A stretch of DNA of 64,000 nt from positions 29,720 through 93,719 of the forward strand of contig CBDETZ010000003.1 of assembly GCA_965243085.1 (NCBI GenBank), given 5' to 3'. Positions 1 to 9,703 of the stretch are shown here, piece after piece. Within the stretch, counting starts at the first letter, position 1, and every line of letters starts with the position of its first letter. Origin of the DNA: Sulfurimonas sp. (GTDB taxonomy: Bacteria > Campylobacterota > Campylobacteria > Campylobacterales > Sulfurimonadaceae). The notes under the pieces were generated by a model. The model ran no database searches. It was not told the DNA's origin and saw only the letters and a program-made list of their open reading frames with translations. The position numbers were made by a program, and so were the translations under genes.

Positions 1-204
1 TAATTTTGTACAATATTTTGATTTAATTTTAGATGAAGAATTAGAAATAAATAGGCATGTATTTGTTGGAAAAATAAAGGAGCTTAATTTCATTAAGCAT
101 ATTTAAGAGTTTAATATCTGCATCACTGACTTAATGAAAAAAATGGGTGCTTAAATCATAACTATTTATGATAATGAACAAAATAAAAATCAACTATCTT
201 CAAG

Positions 205-1539
205 TATACTACCCCAAGAAAACCAAACAACATTTCAAAAGTTTTTATTTCATATACGATAAAATAAGAATAATAAAGTGAGGGTAGAAAGATGAGCAGA
301 AAACGGACAACTTATTCAACAGAGCTAAAAACAAAATTGGTTTTAGAGCTTCTTAAAGAGGAAAAAACTCTTATAGAAATAGCTAAAGATAATGGTATTA
401 CACCCAATAATCTCAAAAACTGGAAGAAGCTATTTTTAGAGAATGCAGAGATGGCAATGGAACCTTCCAAAGTTGTAAAAGAGTATAAAGATGAAACTAA
501 AAAACTTCAAGAAAAAATAGATGAATACGCAAAAACAGTAGGACAATTAACAGTGGAGAATAACTGGATGCGGGGAAAGCTGAGAAGCTCGGACTTATCT
601 AGTAAAAAGGCTATGATAAATTTCGAGTTAAAGAGATTATCCGTAGTACAACAGTGTGCGATACTAGATATTAGTAGAAGTTCGCTTTACTATATACCTG
701 TAGTCAGCGAACATAAAGAAACCATCAAGGAGGAGATAAAATCTATCTTTGAAGAGATACCAATATATGGAGCTAAGAAGGTGCATTACCAGTTACTAGA
801 GAATGGTTTCAGTGTAAGTTTAAACACAGTGCAGAGTTATCGCAAAGAGTTAGGATTAAAGGCTATACTAGCTGTAAGAGAGCCTATTTCCTTAACTCTA
901 GCTAATATACAACATCCTAAGTTCTCCTATAAGCTTAGAGGGATAAATATTACAAGAGCTAATCAAGTATGGAGTACAGATATTACCTATATTAAAATCA
1001 ATGGTGGCATGGTTTATCTTGCAGCTATCATTGATTGGTACTCTAAAGCTGTTCTTTCATGGAAAATATCCAATACAATGGACACTGACCTTGTTATGGG
1101 AGTACTCAATGAAGCACTTCTTAAATATGAAAAACCAGAGATATTTAATACTGATCAAGGGAGTCAATATACTAGCTATATTCACACCCAAACACTTAAA
1201 GATAATGGCATTACTATCTCAATGGATGGTAAAGGTAGAGCTACTGATAATATTTGTATTGAGAGGTTCTGGAGAAGTGCTAAAGTTGAAAGAATTTATC
1301 TAAATCAGTACAACACAATTAAGGAACTAAAAGAGGATGTATCGGATTATATGGACTTCTACAATTATAAAAGATTTCATGAAACACTGAACTATAAAAA
1401 ACCAATGAATGTTTACTTGGAGAGTTTACAAATAAATGATGAGAACTATACTGAAAATGTAGTAGCTGTTTCATAAAGTTACAGGTTAGAGGTGAATAAG
1501 GAATTTGGAAATGTTGTCTTGACTTATTGGGGTAGTATA
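205..1539 (+). mobile_element. IS3-family element (type A), apparently complete
   Basis: 32-bp imperfect terminal IRs (tatactaccccaa...acaacatttc at 205; gaaatgttgt...ttggggtagtata ending 1539) enclose a transposase; flanks do not match, so no TSD. Confidence 0.9.
292..1476 (+). CDS. IS3-family transposase (fused OrfAB)
   Basis: N-terminal HTH_Tnp_1-like region, rve core WSTDITY...FNTDQGSQY...IERFW. Confidence 0.95.
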   Translation: MSRKRTTYSTELKTKLVLELLKEEKTLIEIAKDNGITPNNLKNWKKLFLENAEMAMEPSKVVKEYKDETKKLQEKIDEYAKTVGQLTVENNWMRGKLRSSDLSSKKAMINFELKRLSVVQQCAILDISRSSLYYIPVVSEHKETIKEEIKSIFEEIPIYGAKKVHYQLLENGFSVSLNTVQSYRKELGLKAILAVREPISLTLANIQHPKFSYKLRGINITRANQVWSTDITYIKINGGMVYLAAIIDWYSKAVLSWKISNTMDTDLVMGVLNEALLKYEKPEIFNTDQGSQYTSYIHTQTLKDNGITISMDGKGRATDNICIERFWRSAKVERIYLNQYNTIKELKEDVSDYMDFYNYKRFHETLNYKKPMNVYLESLQINDENYTENVVAVS

Positions 1540-1625
1540 GTCTACTGAAAATATGAAAAACTATGTTGAAAAAATTATTATTGGTTATGGAAGTAGATAT
1601 GAGATTAAATTTGTTTAGCTACTTA
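1540..1625 (+). mobile_element. IS630 (type A) 3' end fragment
   Basis: Near-identical to 19639-19724; ends tttgtttagctactta followed by TA. Confidence 0.8.
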
Positions 1626-1858
1626 TACTCACAAAAAATGCTTCTTCCAGTTTTTTAGACTTACTGGTAAAACTTCATATTGACTTGCTATCTCATTTAT
1701 AGTTTTAGCACCCTCTAAAACTAATTTTGCTTTAAATTCTGCACTATATGTTTTTCTTTTTGTACTCATAATTATTTATCACTATTTTTTGTATTCTTAT
1801 TCTATCATTTGGAATAAGAATACTTGGTTAATTGGTTTGTTTTTCTAGGGACATTATA
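1626..1858 (-). pseudogene. IS3-family (type B) left end and truncated OrfA
   Basis: Minus strand reads MSTKRKTYSAEFKAKLVLEGAKTINEIASQYEV...KNWKK; end tataatgtccctag; second copy at 19725-20124. Confidence 0.8.
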
Positions 1859-1931
1859 AAATTAAAATCTGATAAGAATAGTATGAAAATATTTTTATCT
1901 AAAGTACAAAGATTAGTTAAAGTTATTTAGC

Positions 1932-3176
1932 TTATCTTCCTTGAACAGCATTTCCCATATCCCACATAGGTAAGAATATACCAAGTGCTAATAACAAAAT
2001 CATACCAGTCATAAAGAAAAGCATAATAGGTTCAACCGCCTCACTTAGACCATCAATAATAGCATCGAATCTCATTTTATAATATTCAGCAACTTTCTTA
2101 ATCATTGTATCAAGTGTACCACTATCTTCACCTGCACTTACCATTTGTATAATCATATTTTCAAAAAGTTCAGTATTTTTTAAACCTTTATTAAGTGTAC
2201 CACCTTTTTCGACAGCAATTCTTACTGTTTGAAGTTTTGCTTTTAGAGGAAGATTATCTATCATTTCAATTGCAGTATCAAGTGCCTCTGCAATAGGAAT
2301 ACCAGCTCGAATAAGTTCTGAAAAAACTAATGTAAATCTATTAAGTGTAGAAAATTTAATGACATTTTTAATGAGATAGGTTTTAAGTAATGCTTCATGC
2401 CAACCATATCTAAAATTTTTAGAGTTATTAATCATATACTTAAAAATCATATAGGAAGTAATAATTATAGCCAAAACATAGAGACCATAATTATTAAATA
2501 AGTTTTCCAAGGTTAAAAGAATTTGTGTAGGAAGAGGTAGCTCTGCTTTTAATTCCTCAAAAATACTTTTAAATTCAGGTACAACATAGGAGATTAATAT
2601 AGTGAAAGCTACAGCCATAGCTATCATAACATTTCGAGGGTATGCCATTGCTTTTTTAAATTTAATAAAATTACTACGAATCTCTTCTAGCATATCAGCC
2701 AATGAATATAAAGATTCATCAAGATTACCTGTTTTTTCACCAAGGTTTACCATAGCAATTGTTAAATTTCCAAGTTCAAATCTAAAATTCTCCATAGATG
2801 CAGATAAAGAATAACCAGAGTTTATATCACTTGCAAGTTTACTAAACACTTTTTTTAATGCTTGGTCTTCAGTAGAGAATGCAATTTCACTTAAAGAATC
2901 AAAAATAGAAATACCAGCATTTGTCATTACGGCTAATTGCCTAACAGCCGCAATTAAAGCATCAGTTTTTATTTTCTTTTTTTGAATATTTTTGAGTAAA
3001 TTTGTTTTAAATCTTTTAAATTGTGCATCTATAGGTTCTTCTGCCTCAGCAATTTTAATTAAAGTTCCAGTGAATTGACTTTGAGCATAATTTTTTGCTT
3101 CATTTTTATTTTCTGCATAAATAGGAAGTTTCTTCCTCTTCCCTTTATTAAGAATTGTTGCAATAAAATATTTCAT
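1932..3176 (-). CDS. gspF: GspF/PilC-family inner-membrane platform protein (ctsF/mshG-like)
   Basis: Two T2SSF repeats (AGISI...GEKTGNL; AGIPI...GEDSGTL) with TM segments; directly follows the GspE ATPase. Confidence 0.92.
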   Translation of the reverse strand: MKYFIATILNKGKRKKLPIYAENKNEAKNYAQSQFTGTLIKIAEAEEPIDAQFKRFKTNLLKNIQKKKIKTDALIAAVRQLAVMTNAGISIFDSLSEIAFSTEDQALKKVFSKLASDINSGYSLSASMENFRFELGNLTIAMVNLGEKTGNLDESLYSLADMLEEIRSNFIKFKKAMAYPRNVMIAMAVAFTILISYVVPEFKSIFEELKAELPLPTQILLTLENLFNNYGLYVLAIIITSYMIFKYMINNSKNFRYGWHEALLKTYLIKNVIKFSTLNRFTLVFSELIRAGIPIAEALDTAIEMIDNLPLKAKLQTVRIAVEKGGTLNKGLKNTELFENMIIQMVSAGEDSGTLDTMIKKVAEYYKMRFDAIIDGLSEAVEPIMLFFMTGMILLLALGIFLPMWDMGNAVQGR

Positions 3177-4909
3177 CCTTTTGACACTTTTAAAATTTCT
3201 TCTAAGCTAGTAATCCCACTAATAGCTTTAGCAATACCATTTTCATAAATTCCTATAAAACCATCTTCTTGAGCTTGTTTTAGTAAAATATCTTTTGAAG
3301 ATCCTTTGGCAATAAGAGAAGACAAAGTTTCAGAGATATTAAGTACTTCGCAAATCATCTCACGTCCCATAAATCCAGAATCATTGCACTCTTTACAACC
3401 TGCTCCAGTATAGAACTTTGTATGCTCAGGGATAGAAACTCCCAACTCTTTTATGGTAGATGGTGCAATTTTTTCTTCTATTTTACAATGAATGCAAATT
3501 TTTCTAACAAGTCTTTGTGCCTGAATAGCAACAAGAGCTCCAGAAATTAAATAATGCTCTATACCCATGTCTACCATTCTAGGAATAGCACTAATTGAAT
3601 CATTTGTATGAAGTGTAGAGATAACCATATGACCAGTAAGAGCAGCTTTAATAGCAATTTCTAAGGTTTCTTGATCACGAATTTCACCAATCATAATCTT
3701 ATCTGGATCTTGCCTTAGGATTGAACGTAGTGCATCTGCAAAACTAAGACCTACTTTTGGGTTTACTTGGACTTGTTGAATAAGATTCATCCTATACTCT
3801 ACTGGATCTTCAACGGTAATTACCTTATCTTCAATATTTCTAAGTTCATTAAGTGCTCCATAAAGAGTAGTAGTTTTTCCACTACCAGTAGGTCCTGTAA
3901 CTAAGATAATTCCGTAAGGCTCTTGAAGTCCTTTTAATAATTTTTGATAGCTCACACTATCCATTCCTGCATCTTCGAGCCTCACCAAAGCTTTTTGTTT
4001 ATCTAAAACTCTCATTACTATTGATTCCCCATAAAGTATAGGGAGAGTAGAGATACGAAAATCATATTCTCTATCTCCTACAGCTGTTGAAAATCGTCCG
4101 TCCTGAGGCTTCCTCTTTTCGGCAATATCTAAGTTTGCAAGAAGCTTTATTCTTGAAGCCAAAGGGGGATAAATAGCCTTTTCAAAAATAAATACTTCAC
4201 TAAGTTTACCATCAATTCTAGCCCTTACAGAACAGTTTTTTTCAGTCGGTTCTACATGAATATCACTTGCTCTACCATTAATACAAGCTTTGAGTATCAC
4301 ATCAATGAGTAAAAGTATAGATGAAGCTTCTTGTTTGTCTTCTACGGAATTAATCGTATTCAGTTCATCTTTTATTTTTTTTACAAGACCTTTAACACTA
4401 TCTTTTAACTCGATTTTAAAAAGATATGAAGAGATTTGTTTTTTTGTAGAAAGGGCAATCTTAATTGGTTTTTTTGGAAAAAGTCTTTGCATAGATTCTT
4501 GAATTTGAATATCCAAAGGGTCATTTAATGCGACGGTTATACTTAAGTCATCTTCATAAATTGGTAAAGCATTATGTTTTTTTAGTTGAACTAATGAGAC
4601 ACGACCAGCCAGTTGGTAATCCATATCCATAGAATCGAGGTCTTCAAATTTTAAATTTAATTCACTTGCTAGTTTTTTTAGTACTACTTGTTCATGGATA
4701 TAAGTATAATTATCAATAATTGATAATTCATAATCACCATTTATAATCTTTTCAACAATAAATCTTACTAATCGATCCATTGTCATAAAACCTGATAAAG
4801 TTATATCTCGGAGTATTAAATTCTCATCAATACCTTGTGCCAGAAGTCTATCAACTTGCCTTTGCATAACTGAACCATTATTTAGTAAATCTTGGGTAAT
4901 TCTATCCAT
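3173..4909 (-). CDS. gspE: GspE/PilB secretion ATPase (ctsE-like)
   Basis: GPTGSGKTT Walker A, EDPVE, LRQDPDKIMIGEIRD, C-x2-C motifs; start placed at MDRITQ (4909). Confidence 0.95.
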   Translation of the reverse strand: MDRITQDLLNNGSVMQRQVDRLLAQGIDENLILRDITLSGFMTMDRLVRFIVEKIINGDYELSIIDNYTYIHEQVVLKKLASELNLKFEDLDSMDMDYQLAGRVSLVQLKKHNALPIYEDDLSITVALNDPLDIQIQESMQRLFPKKPIKIALSTKKQISSYLFKIELKDSVKGLVKKIKDELNTINSVEDKQEASSILLLIDVILKACINGRASDIHVEPTEKNCSVRARIDGKLSEVFIFEKAIYPPLASRIKLLANLDIAEKRKPQDGRFSTAVGDREYDFRISTLPILYGESIVMRVLDKQKALVRLEDAGMDSVSYQKLLKGLQEPYGIILVTGPTGSGKTTTLYGALNELRNIEDKVITVEDPVEYRMNLIQQVQVNPKVGLSFADALRSILRQDPDKIMIGEIRDQETLEIAIKAALTGHMVISTLHTNDSISAIPRMVDMGIEHYLISGALVAIQAQRLVRKICIHCKIEEKIAPSTIKELGVSIPEHTKFYTGAGCKECNDSGFMGREMICEVLNISETLSSLIAKGSSKDILLKQAQEDGFIGIYENGIAKAISGITSLEEILKVSKG

Positions 4910-4925
4910 AATTATATTACAACCT

Positions 4926-5468
4926 TTACCAATAAATGTGTGTTTTGATGATAATAGAGTCATAAAATTCTTCAATTATCATTTTATCAATTTTTTTTCC
5001 CTTACTTAAATACAATTTATATGTAAGCTTAGAATCTGTTTTATCTTCAAATAGATAAAATAATCTTGATTCGTGAGGACCTATTCTAGCATAGAAATCA
5101 AATACTTTAGATAAAATATAGTCTGTTGTTGGAAGTTCTACTGTATTTAAATTATAACCATCAACTAAAGCATGATAAAGTAACTTTTTTTGCATCAAAA
5201 TTACTGAAAAATATGCGGCATTAGCTCTTGCCTCTTTTGAAAATTTAAGCATTGCTACTGCTGTAGAAAGACTGTCTATAAAATCTGACTTTAAACATGC
5301 AAATGCGTATAAAGATATATACTCTTCATCTTTATTGTGATACTTGAAATTATCATAACCTATATTACAAACTTTTTCATATTTATGGTTTTGATAAAGA
5401 TTAAACATTTTTTGTTTTACGCTAGCGTATAAACTTATACTGAGTATTAGAATTAAAAATATTTTCAT
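4926..5468 (-). CDS. Secreted hypothetical protein in the pilus/competence operon
   Basis: 180 aa, N-terminal signal peptide, overlapping start/stop with neighbours. Confidence 0.75.
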   Translation of the reverse strand: MKIFLILILSISLYASVKQKMFNLYQNHKYEKVCNIGYDNFKYHNKDEEYISLYAFACLKSDFIDSLSTAVAMLKFSKEARANAAYFSVILMQKKLLYHALVDGYNLNTVELPTTDYILSKVFDFYARIGPHESRLFYLFEDKTDSKLTYKLYLSKGKKIDKMIIEEFYDSIIIKTHIYW

Positions 5469-6247
5469 TTTAATTTTCCTGACTTGATCTTATTAAGCAA
5501 TAATTTAGCAGCTTGGGAATCTGTATTATTAATATACTTTTGGAGCATTTTAATCGCTTTATCTTTTTTTGCTAATTTTACAAGTGATTTTGCAAATATA
5601 ATCCAACTCTCTTCAATTTCATTGTTTATGTCATTTGTAATAAGTGCATAATTATATGCTTCTTTATAATTTTGAAGATCATAATATTTTTTTGCAATAA
5701 ATAAGCTTAATGCAGGATTATTTGATTTTTTAAATCTTTTAATGACATGTTGAATATCATTTTTTGTATTTTGTCTTTTAATATTGATAAGTGAATTTTT
5801 AACTACTTCAACTTTTATTGGTTCAGCAAGAGGAATTTTTTTAGGTTTCTTTTTAACTATGGTTTTCTTTTTCTTTTTTTCATCTTGAAATTGTTTCTCA
5901 TTATAATACTGGGGTGAACTTATTTGAATATTCTTAATAAAATCTAATGATGGCTTTAAAATTATTTTCTGTTTTGCTGTTATATGAGAAGTGGATATAA
6001 GTTTAGAGGAAATATCTATAGGAATATTTTCTTTTTCTTGTTTTAAAATGATTTTTTCTATTTTCTTTGGAATATTTGTTTCTACTTCTACAGAGAACTT
6101 TTTCTCAGATGAAATATTGTTTATAAGTATATTATTAAATACAATATAAAGAATAATTAAAAAAATGAAGAAAATTACAAACAATGGAATAAGAGACTTT
6201 AGTTTGTATCTTCGCCATCTAGATTCTAATTCATGAAGGTTAAGCAT
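5465..6247 (-). CDS. Membrane-anchored TPR-like protein (ctsX-like position)
   Basis: N-terminal TM helix, C-terminal helical TPR-like segment; lies between the AAA ATPase and GspE as in Campylobacter cts clusters. Confidence 0.65.
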   Translation of the reverse strand: MLNLHELESRWRRYKLKSLIPLFVIFFIFLIILYIVFNNILINNISSEKKFSVEVETNIPKKIEKIILKQEKENIPIDISSKLISTSHITAKQKIILKPSLDFIKNIQISSPQYYNEKQFQDEKKKKKTIVKKKPKKIPLAEPIKVEVVKNSLINIKRQNTKNDIQHVIKRFKKSNNPALSLFIAKKYYDLQNYKEAYNYALITNDINNEIEESWIIFAKSLVKLAKKDKAIKMLQKYINNTDSQAAKLLLNKIKSGKLK

Positions 6248-7049
6248 GGAGGAGTCCAGTGTGTATAGCTGACATTTCAATTATTTTATGTGAAATTGTA
6301 TTTGTATTAATTTTTGATGGGTCATTTTGCATATAAGTGGAATAGATATCAAACAGGGTGTAAAGAAGTTTATTTGTATCTCTATAGTTTCCCTTTGTTA
6401 GTTTGTAAATTAAATTTACAGATTTGGTATGGAACATATTGGCACTATCAAAACAATTTGATTTCATTAACTTTTTTTGAATATAAATTTTAAGCTCAAT
6501 ACGTGAAGCATTTTCTAATTCAATACTTTCCCAAATTCTTGTTTGAAAGTGTTCTTTTACAATCAAGTCTTCTTTTTCTGTCTTGTGTAAAGTAATTACA
6601 AATTTCATTTTTCTTGTATCAGATAAAAGTCTAATCTTTTCCATTAAGCTATTTGAATATAATTGTGCTTCATCTAAGAGGATAATTGGTATATCATTTA
6701 TGATATATTTTTCAACTATTTTCATGAATTGAGTGAAGTTAAGCTCATTTTCATATGTAACATTGAATAAATCATATGCTAACTTTTTAAAAAATTCACC
6801 ATCATCTAGTATAGGTGTTTGATATAAATACACCGATTTAGTACTGGCTAAGTCATGATAAAGCTTTGCTAAAAACATACTTTTCCCAGTACCTGGTTTA
6901 CCATAAAGAAGAATCATCTTGAGAGGCTTATTTACGGAATCTTTTAAAGACTGATATATAGTAGACACACGATCAAGTTGGACATAGCCTTTTACATCAA
7001 CAGTATCTAAAAAAACATTTTTAGAATTAATAAAGATACTAGAATTCAT
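6240..7049 (-). CDS. ExeA/MshM-like AAA ATPase (ctsP-like)
   Basis: GKPGTGKS Walker A, LLDEAQ Walker B, GNYRDTNKL sensor-like motif. Confidence 0.85.
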   Translation of the reverse strand: MNSSIFINSKNVFLDTVDVKGYVQLDRVSTIYQSLKDSVNKPLKMILLYGKPGTGKSMFLAKLYHDLASTKSVYLYQTPILDDGEFFKKLAYDLFNVTYENELNFTQFMKIVEKYIINDIPIILLDEAQLYSNSLMEKIRLLSDTRKMKFVITLHKTEKEDLIVKEHFQTRIWESIELENASRIELKIYIQKKLMKSNCFDSANMFHTKSVNLIYKLTKGNYRDTNKLLYTLFDIYSTYMQNDPSKINTNTISHKIIEMSAIHTGLLHA

Positions 7050-7055
7050 TAAACT

Positions 7056-8654
7056 TTACTTTAATTGTGTATCAGTGATTTTTTCGGATTTAGATTCCTT
7101 TAAAAAAGAATCTGTGATGCCGCTATAGCCTAACTTTTTTATTGATAATCTAGAGTTTTCTTTATCAATAATATGAGGTTCAATTATAATAACAAGTTCT
7201 TGAGTTTCTGTCTCATTTTCTTCATATCTAAATGCCAAGCCTAATAAAGGAATATCACCTAATAAAGGTACTTTATTAGAAGTTTTAGAAGTTTTTGTAT
7301 TGATTAAACCACCAAGAATAATGCGTTTACCATCTTTTACAGTTATAACAGATGATAATTGCCGACGGTTTAAATTAGGAGGCATTGTAGCTTCCCCCGT
7401 AACAGGATCTATTGGAATTTTACCATTTATTTCTGAGATAGAGGGACTTACCTTCAGCGTTATTGTTCTATCATCAGATATTTCTGGTGTTATATCTAGG
7501 AGTACTCCAGAAAAAACAGACTTAATAACCTCAGTTTCACTTTGTGTACCACTTGAACCATTTGCTAACGTTTCAGTACTTCTTAGCTTATAGAAGTATT
7601 CTGTACCAACCGTAATAAGTGCTGGTTGATTATTAAGTGTTAAAACTTTTGGATTTGATATAGCCTTAACATCACCTTGTGTTTGTAAAAATTTAATCAC
7701 TTCGTTTAATGTTGCGGTACCGGTAGCTTTAAAAAGACTGGCTGTAGTAGCAGTATTTCCAGTCGATGCATTAGGATAAAGAGCTGTAGTAATTTTATTA
7801 TCAGTAAAGTCTTTAACATTTTGTGAGTAAAGAACATTACTTGAGAGAACCATATTTTGTAATTTATAAAGTTGGGACCAATCTATCCCAGTAGATTTTT
7901 TCTCTTTCATTGTAACCAAAAGTAACTGAACATCAATTAGAACTTGTAATTGTACTTTATCTTGCAATCTTTTAAGATATTTTTGAAGTCTATTCATCTG
8001 CTTAATAGTACAAGTTACAGTGATTAATCCAGCGTTTTTATTAATAATAGGAGCTGATGCGACATAGGCGTCATGAGGTCTATTGATAATTTGTTGTAGT
8101 TCTACATCAAGCTCTGTCCAAAATTTTACTTCATCATTTGATTCTATTTTTATACCAGAGGATGTAGAAGCTCCACTTGAAGACTCTTGACCCCCAGAAT
8201 CACCACCCCCAGAATCACCACCTCCAGAATCTTCGCCACTTTTTTGACCAGAAGATGAACCTAATGTAATATCTGTGCTACCACTACTTTTTCGTACAGA
8301 TAAAATATAGTCAATCGAAAAAACTTTAGTAGTTAAATAAGAAATTTTTAATATATTATTACTGAGGGTATAGGAAAGATTATTTTCATTTAGGATAATA
8401 TTAAGAACTTCATTGATAGTAAGGTTTTTGAGGTGTGTTTTATTTAAAGAAGTACTAAGAAATTTTTCAGCATTTGGATCTGTGACAATAATCGTAAATT
8501 CACATTCATCACTTAATTGCTCGACAAAATCCATTATTTTAGTACCTTTAGTAGAACTGATACTAAAAAGTTCATAAGAACAATCCCCAAAAGCACTAGT
8601 TGATAGAAGAAGGACCAAAAGAAGACTATTTATAGATGATTTTATTTTTTGCAT
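7056..8654 (-). CDS. mshL: MshL/GspD-type secretin (ctsD-like)
   Basis: Secretin domain (SNPKVLTLNNQPA; GGLI...KVPLLGDIPLLG...ELVIIIEP), Ser/Gly-rich linker. Confidence 0.92.
   Translation of the reverse strand: MQKIKSSINSLLLVLLLSTSAFGDCSYELFSISSTKGTKIMDFVEQLSDECEFTIIVTDPNAEKFLSTSLNKTHLKNLTINEVLNIILNENNLSYTLSNNILKISYLTTKVFSIDYILSVRKSSGSTDITLGSSSGQKSGEDSGGGDSGGGDSGGQESSSGASTSSGIKIESNDEVKFWTELDVELQQIINRPHDAYVASAPIINKNAGLITVTCTIKQMNRLQKYLKRLQDKVQLQVLIDVQLLLVTMKEKKSTGIDWSQLYKLQNMVLSSNVLYSQNVKDFTDNKITTALYPNASTGNTATTASLFKATGTATLNEVIKFLQTQGDVKAISNPKVLTLNNQPALITVGTEYFYKLRSTETLANGSSGTQSETEVIKSVFSGVLLDITPEISDDRTITLKVSPSISEINGKIPIDPVTGEATMPPNLNRRQLSSVITVKDGKRIILGGLINTKTSKTSNKVPLLGDIPLLGLAFRYEENETETQELVIIIEPHIIDKENSRLSIKKLGYSGITDSFLKESKSEKITDTQLK
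8191..8231. repeat. 15-bp tandem repeat encoding GGDSG units in the secretin linker
   Basis: cccccagaatcacca x2 plus cctccagaatc. Confidence 0.8.
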
Positions 8655-8666
8655 AACATTTCCTAA

Positions 8667-9071
8667 TTATTCTTTAAACTTGAGATTTTTATTTTTACTT
8701 TTAATAGAGAGTAGTAAAGTTTTTTTCTTAAAAGATAGAAGAACTATGGTTCTCTCTATACTCGTGATTGTATATTTATCGATTTTGTCATTTAGTTTGT
8801 ACCATTTTTCATTGATGAAAGCTGATTTGTTAATAATTGCATGGAGAGAAAGAGTGATTTCTTTTTTAGCAACAACATTCATATCTTTATCGAGGATTAC
8901 TTCCACAGGTTTCTTTTTAAGATTAAAAGGACTTCTTATAATATCTATTTTTGATTTGCTAATACCATTTCTAGGCGGTTTTATAGCATTTATTTGTTCA
9001 TCAACCCATTCTAATTCATCAGCATTAAGTTCATAGGATAAGATAAGGAGTAAAATTAATAAAATTTTCAT
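8667..9071 (-). CDS. Exported pilus-assembly accessory protein (PilP/ctsR-like position)
   Basis: Signal peptide MKILLILL; directly upstream of the secretin. Confidence 0.6.
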   Translation of the reverse strand: MKILLILLLILSYELNADELEWVDEQINAIKPPRNGISKSKIDIIRSPFNLKKKPVEVILDKDMNVVAKKEITLSLHAIINKSAFINEKWYKLNDKIDKYTITSIERTIVLLSFKKKTLLLSIKSKNKNLKFKE

Positions 9072-9703
9072 TAGTATGTAATTCCCCAAACAGATATAGT
9101 TAGATTAGTATCAAGATTTTCATTAACAAGCATATTTAAGCTATGTAAATCAATGACTAAATCACTTTGTTCAAGTGAATTAATAAAATTCAATGTATTG
9201 TTGTATTTAGCATTCATTTGGATATTTATATCCAAAACATGACCAAAAGAATTTTTATTTTCAGTATAATGATTTGAAAATTTTATAATTTTGACATTGT
9301 TGCTTTTAGCATGCTTAGATATAGAATGTAAATACTGTCCCCATGTTTGTTCATCGTAAATTAAAAAAGATATATCTTCTATTTTATGTTTAATATACTG
9401 GTTATAATCTTTAAATTGTATAGTTTTACTTTGAGTTATTTTTATTTCATTTTCAATATTAGCAACTTTTACTAGTGTGTTTTCTTGTAAAAATTTATTA
9501 TCATCAATAATTTTACTTTCTAAATTTGTGACTTCTAGTCGTTTAGCTTTAAAATCTGCTTCAGATGTATCCCAAAATAATAAATATGAAAATGCAAAAA
9601 TCATAGAAAAAATTACAGCATAGGTCATATATATATCTTTTTGACTTTTATTTTCAAAGTTCCTATCTATCTTTTGTAAGTAATCTTCAATTCCTATTTT
9701 CAT
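9071..9703 (-). CDS. PilO-like pilus assembly protein
   Basis: N-terminal TM helix, coiled coil, ferredoxin-like C-terminus (Y...LNFINSLE). Confidence 0.7.
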   Translation of the reverse strand: MKIGIEDYLQKIDRNFENKSQKDIYMTYAVIFSMIFAFSYLLFWDTSEADFKAKRLEVTNLESKIIDDNKFLQENTLVKVANIENEIKITQSKTIQFKDYNQYIKHKIEDISFLIYDEQTWGQYLHSISKHAKSNNVKIIKFSNHYTENKNSFGHVLDINIQMNAKYNNTLNFINSLEQSDLVIDLHSLNMLVNENLDTNLTISVWGITY